NCBI GenBank assembly: GCA_945897805.1
Contig: CAMDFX010000014.1
Coordinates: 22,001 to 86,000, forward strand
Origin: Chryseobacterium gleum
GTDB taxonomy: Bacteria; Bacteroidota; Bacteroidia; Flavobacteriales_D; Crocinitomicaceae
Length of the DNA stretch: 64,000 nucleotides
Direction of reading: 5' to 3'
In this document: in pieces, positions 61,264-64,000 of the stretch
How positions within the stretch are numbered: position 1 is the stretch's first letter
How the letters are laid out: each line of letters begins with the position of its first letter
The notes under the pieces: model-generated
What the model was told of the DNA's origin: nothing
The model's input: the letters and a program-made list of their open reading frames with translations, nothing else
The model's database searches: none
Made by a program: the position numbers and the translations under genes

Positions 61264-64000
61264 CTAAACCCTCATTTTATTCCTAGGCAAACCAATTTCT
61301 TTGTCCACGGGATAAGGTGCTCTGTGTGTGGAGCTGACGTCGGTTTTCCATTCTTTTTGAATTTTATTCGCCATGTCTTTGTTGTCAGCATAGCGTGGAT
61401 CGGGAACAAAAGGCAATTTGGCCATTTTTTGTATCACCAAAGAAGGAAATCCAAAATCGACATCGACTTTTCCTAATAATAAATAGCAACCACCGCCTTG
61501 AAATGGGAAATTCGCCAATGAATCTGGCCAATGTGTGGTGTCAAAATACGCGCCGCTGGCATCAATCCAAGTTCCAAAATGCATCAATCCACTTTTGATA
61601 GGAACGTGTTTGATACTAATTAAATAGCCAACTAATTTGATGAATTGATTTTCAAATTTCAAGAAGTCGTTGGTTAAATGCATGCCTCTGAATTTTGTTT
61701 CCAGTAAATCAAACGGAGAAAAAGAAACAGTGAAACCTAGCAATTCAATTTCATCAAAAGCATCTTCATAAGGCGAGCGCTCTAACGTTGGCAATTCATA
61801 TTCCACAATCGGTTCTTGAATCAGCAATAAATCTCTATTTTCTGATTTGAAGTTTACCAAAATCATTCTGGCAGTGAGAATTAATTCATTTTTAGTTAAT
61901 CCAGTAAATCGAAATGCGCCAATAAAAATCAGAATTTGCAGGTTTTCAATCCCAATGGAAATTCTATTGATGAAATCTTCTAAACTGCGGTAATTTCCAT
62001 TTTGCGCTCTTTCTTTGGCGATTTGTTTGCCGATTTTTTCTTCTAAATTCTGCAAATTTCGAAAACCTAAAAAAACTTCTTTTCCTTTTACTGTCGTGAA
62101 ATATTCACTGTTGTTGACACATGGACAAGAAATGATTGCACCTGCCATTTTTGCTTCGTGCATGTAAACTTCTGTCCGATAAAATCCGCCTTCATTGATG
62201 ATGACAGCAACCATGAATTCAATTGGAAAATAGGTTTTTAGATACAAACTTTGGTAACTTTCTACTGCGTAAGAAGCTGAATGCGCCTTGCAAAATGAAT
62301 AGCCCGCAAAAGATTCAATTTGTCGGTAAACTTCTTGCGCCAGTTGGTCTGAATAGCCCATTTTTCGGCAATTTTCGAAATAAATGTGCTTCACGCCGTC
62401 CAATTCTTTGATTGATCTGGTTTTTCCACTCATCGCCCTTCGGAGAATATCAGCTTGTGCCAAATCGATGCCTGCAAAATGATGCACAATTTTAATTACA
62501 TCTTCTTGATACACCATCACGCCATACGTATCGCCCAGATGTTCTTCAAAAACTGGGTGAAAATATTCGAATTTATCAGGATTATTGTGCCTGAAAATGT
62601 ATTCGCGCAACATGCCACTTTGTGCAACACCTGGACGAATAACGGATGATGCAGCAACCAATGTTTGGTAATTTTCACAATTCAATCGCCTCAACAATCC
62701 TCTCATGGCGGGACTTTCGATGTAAAAACAGCCGATCGTTTTGCCTTGGCGCAGCATTTCGTTGCATTTGACTTCGTTTTTACTCATCGCAATATTGCGA
62801 ATATCCACTTTTAGTCCTTGATTTTGTTCAATTAATCTTACACTGTCGTTGATGTGACCAATTCCTCTTTGGCTCAAAATATCAAATTTTTCGAAGCCAA
62901 TATCTTCTGCTACATGCATATTGAATTGGGCCGTTGGAAATCCTTTGGGCAACATTTCCAGCACGGTATAATTGCTGATTGGTTCTTCCGAAATCAAAAT
63001 CCCACAAGAATGCATGCTGCGTGCGTTTGGAAATTTCTCCAGCATTTTTCCGTATTCATGCACTTGAATGGAAATTGAATTCAATTCAGGATTTGACTTT
63101 TTGTTTTTAGATAAATAATCCAATTCATCTTTAGGTAGTCCAAAAACTTTCCCTAATTCTCTGATAATTGAACGGTATTTAAATTCTACTGTTGTGCCAC
63201 AAAAAGCGACATGTTCATAGCCAAATCGCTCAAAAATATAGGCTAAAATGGTATCTCTGTCTGTCCAAGACCAATCGATGTCAAAATCTGGCGGACTAGA
63301 GCGACTTGGATTCAAAAAACGTTCAAAATACAAGTCTAATTCGATGGGACAAATATTGGTAATTCCCAAGCAATAACTCACAATACTGTTGGCGCCACTC
63401 CCCCTTCCAATGTGCATAAATCCTTTGCTGTTGCTGTATTGAATGATATCCCAAGTGATTAAAAAATAGGCGGAAAATCCTAAATCATCAATCACTTTTA
63501 TTTCTTTTTCTACCCGTTTTTTGGCTTCTAAATTTTGATCGCCATACCTCCTATTCATACCTTCCAACGCCAATTTATTGAGCAAAGCTTTGTCTTGTTT
63601 TTTATTTCTAGTATAGTAAAATTTATTTTTATTGGTTGTGAAATCAAATTCAAAATTACAACTGGCAATCATCCTTTTACAATTCTTAATCAATTGAGGA
63701 TAATCCTTGTATAAATCAGTCAATTCGTTCAAAGGAAGCATGAATTCCTCTTGTCCGCAACAATCTTGTTTTTCAAGTTTTGTCAGAATCGTATTTAATT
63801 CAACCGCCCGCATAATTTGATGCAATTTGAATTCTTTTTTAGTACGAAAAGTCACAGGATGCCAAAGCAACATTTTGTCTATATTCACTTTGTTTTCCTT
63901 TTTAATCAACTGGTTTAAATCCTGGTGTTTAACACCGATAAATTCATGCTTTTTCAAACTTTTTGGAGAGTTTTCAAAAGGATAAATGACCATCACTTCT
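61264..64000 (-). CDS. DNA polymerase III alpha-subunit family protein, N-terminus outside the window (possibly DnaE2/ImuC-type)
   Basis: Palm and fingers motifs (GRGSGANSIVSYCLGIT, PPDFDIDW, FAGYSFCKAHSASYAVESYQSLYLKTYFPIEF). The ORF stays open to the right edge, and the PHP domain is missing from view. Confidence 0.88.
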   Translation of the reverse strand, partial: EVMVIYPFENSPKSLKKHEFIGVKHQDLNQLIKKENKVNIDKMLLWHPVTFRTKKEFKLHQIMRAVELNTILTKLEKQDCCGQEEFMLPLNELTDLYKDYPQLIKNCKRMIASCNFEFDFTTNKNKFYYTRNKKQDKALLNKLALEGMNRRYGDQNLEAKKRVEKEIKVIDDLGFSAYFLITWDIIQYSNSKGFMHIGRGSGANSIVSYCLGITNICPIELDLYFERFLNPSRSSPPDFDIDWSWTDRDTILAYIFERFGYEHVAFCGTTVEFKYRSIIRELGKVFGLPKDELDYLSKNKKSNPELNSISIQVHEYGKMLEKFPNARSMHSCGILISEEPISNYTVLEMLPKGFPTAQFNMHVAEDIGFEKFDILSQRGIGHINDSVRLIEQNQGLKVDIRNIAMSKNEVKCNEMLRQGKTIGCFYIESPAMRGLLRRLNCENYQTLVAASSVIRPGVAQSGMLREYIFRHNNPDKFEYFHPVFEEHLGDTYGVMVYQEDVIKIVHHFAGIDLAQADILRRAMSGKTRSIKELDGVKHIYFENCRKMGYSDQLAQEVYRQIESFAGYSFCKAHSASYAVESYQSLYLKTYFPIEFMVAVIINEGGFYRTEVYMHEAKMAGAIISCPCVNNSEYFTTVKGKEVFLGFRNLQNLEEKIGKQIAKERAQNGNYRSLEDFINRISIGIENLQILIFIGAFRFTGLTKNELILTARMILVNFKSENRDLLLIQEPIVEYELPTLERSPYEDAFDEIELLGFTVSFSPFDLLETKFRGMHLTNDFLKFENQFIKLVGYLISIKHVPIKSGLMHFGTWIDASGAYFDTTHWPDSLANFPFQGGGCYLLLGKVDVDFGFPSLVIQKMAKLPFVPDPRYADNKDMANKIQKEWKTDVSSTHRAPYPVDKEIGLPRNKMRV

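Overview
AT-rich (by eye about one-third G+C) chromosomal segment that looks like Bacteroidota, probably Flavobacteriia-like. The taxonomic evidence is several T9SS (type IX secretion system) C-terminal sorting domains, TAnnTTTG-type promoters, the long form of YidC, and lipoprotein/TonB-dependent-receptor gene architecture. The content is mostly housekeeping: mltG, pyrD, HMG-CoA lyase, yidC-pyrG, rpsA, carB, rarA, rpmE (type B), fsa, gyrA, clpC and a partial dnaE-family polymerase. Between these sit envelope and surface genes. They include an ECF (extracytoplasmic-function) sigma factor module, a compact glycan locus (Wzx-like flippase, two GT4 glycosyltransferases, two FkbM methyltransferases), a TonB-receptor trio, a PadR/PspC pair, a YfhO-like membrane protein, and three T9SS cargo genes. 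One RNA gene that the ORF track cannot show is present: a small SRP (signal recognition particle, 4.5S-type) RNA at about 48450-48554 (-) with a textbook Bacteroidetes promoter. I saw no rRNA, tRNA, CRISPR array, transposase, integrase or recognisable defence genes, so this does not look like a mobile or defence island. I cannot point to a clearly novel multi-gene system. The best candidates for follow-up are: (1) a T9SS cargo protein made of six almost identical 69-aa FG-GAP-like units whose DNA copies differ mostly at synonymous sites; (2) a PadR plus HAAS/PspC membrane-sensor pair with a 21-bp palindrome over its promoter; (3) a small HxC/CxxC/PP membrane protein with a TonB-dependent receptor and a lipoprotein; (4) a 54-bp direct repeat with DnaA-box-like cores in the 628-bp gyrA-clpC spacer; (5) an lfg-like glycan locus; and (6) a CarB that lacks the C-terminal allosteric domain. 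All family calls come from motif recognition by eye, not from searches.
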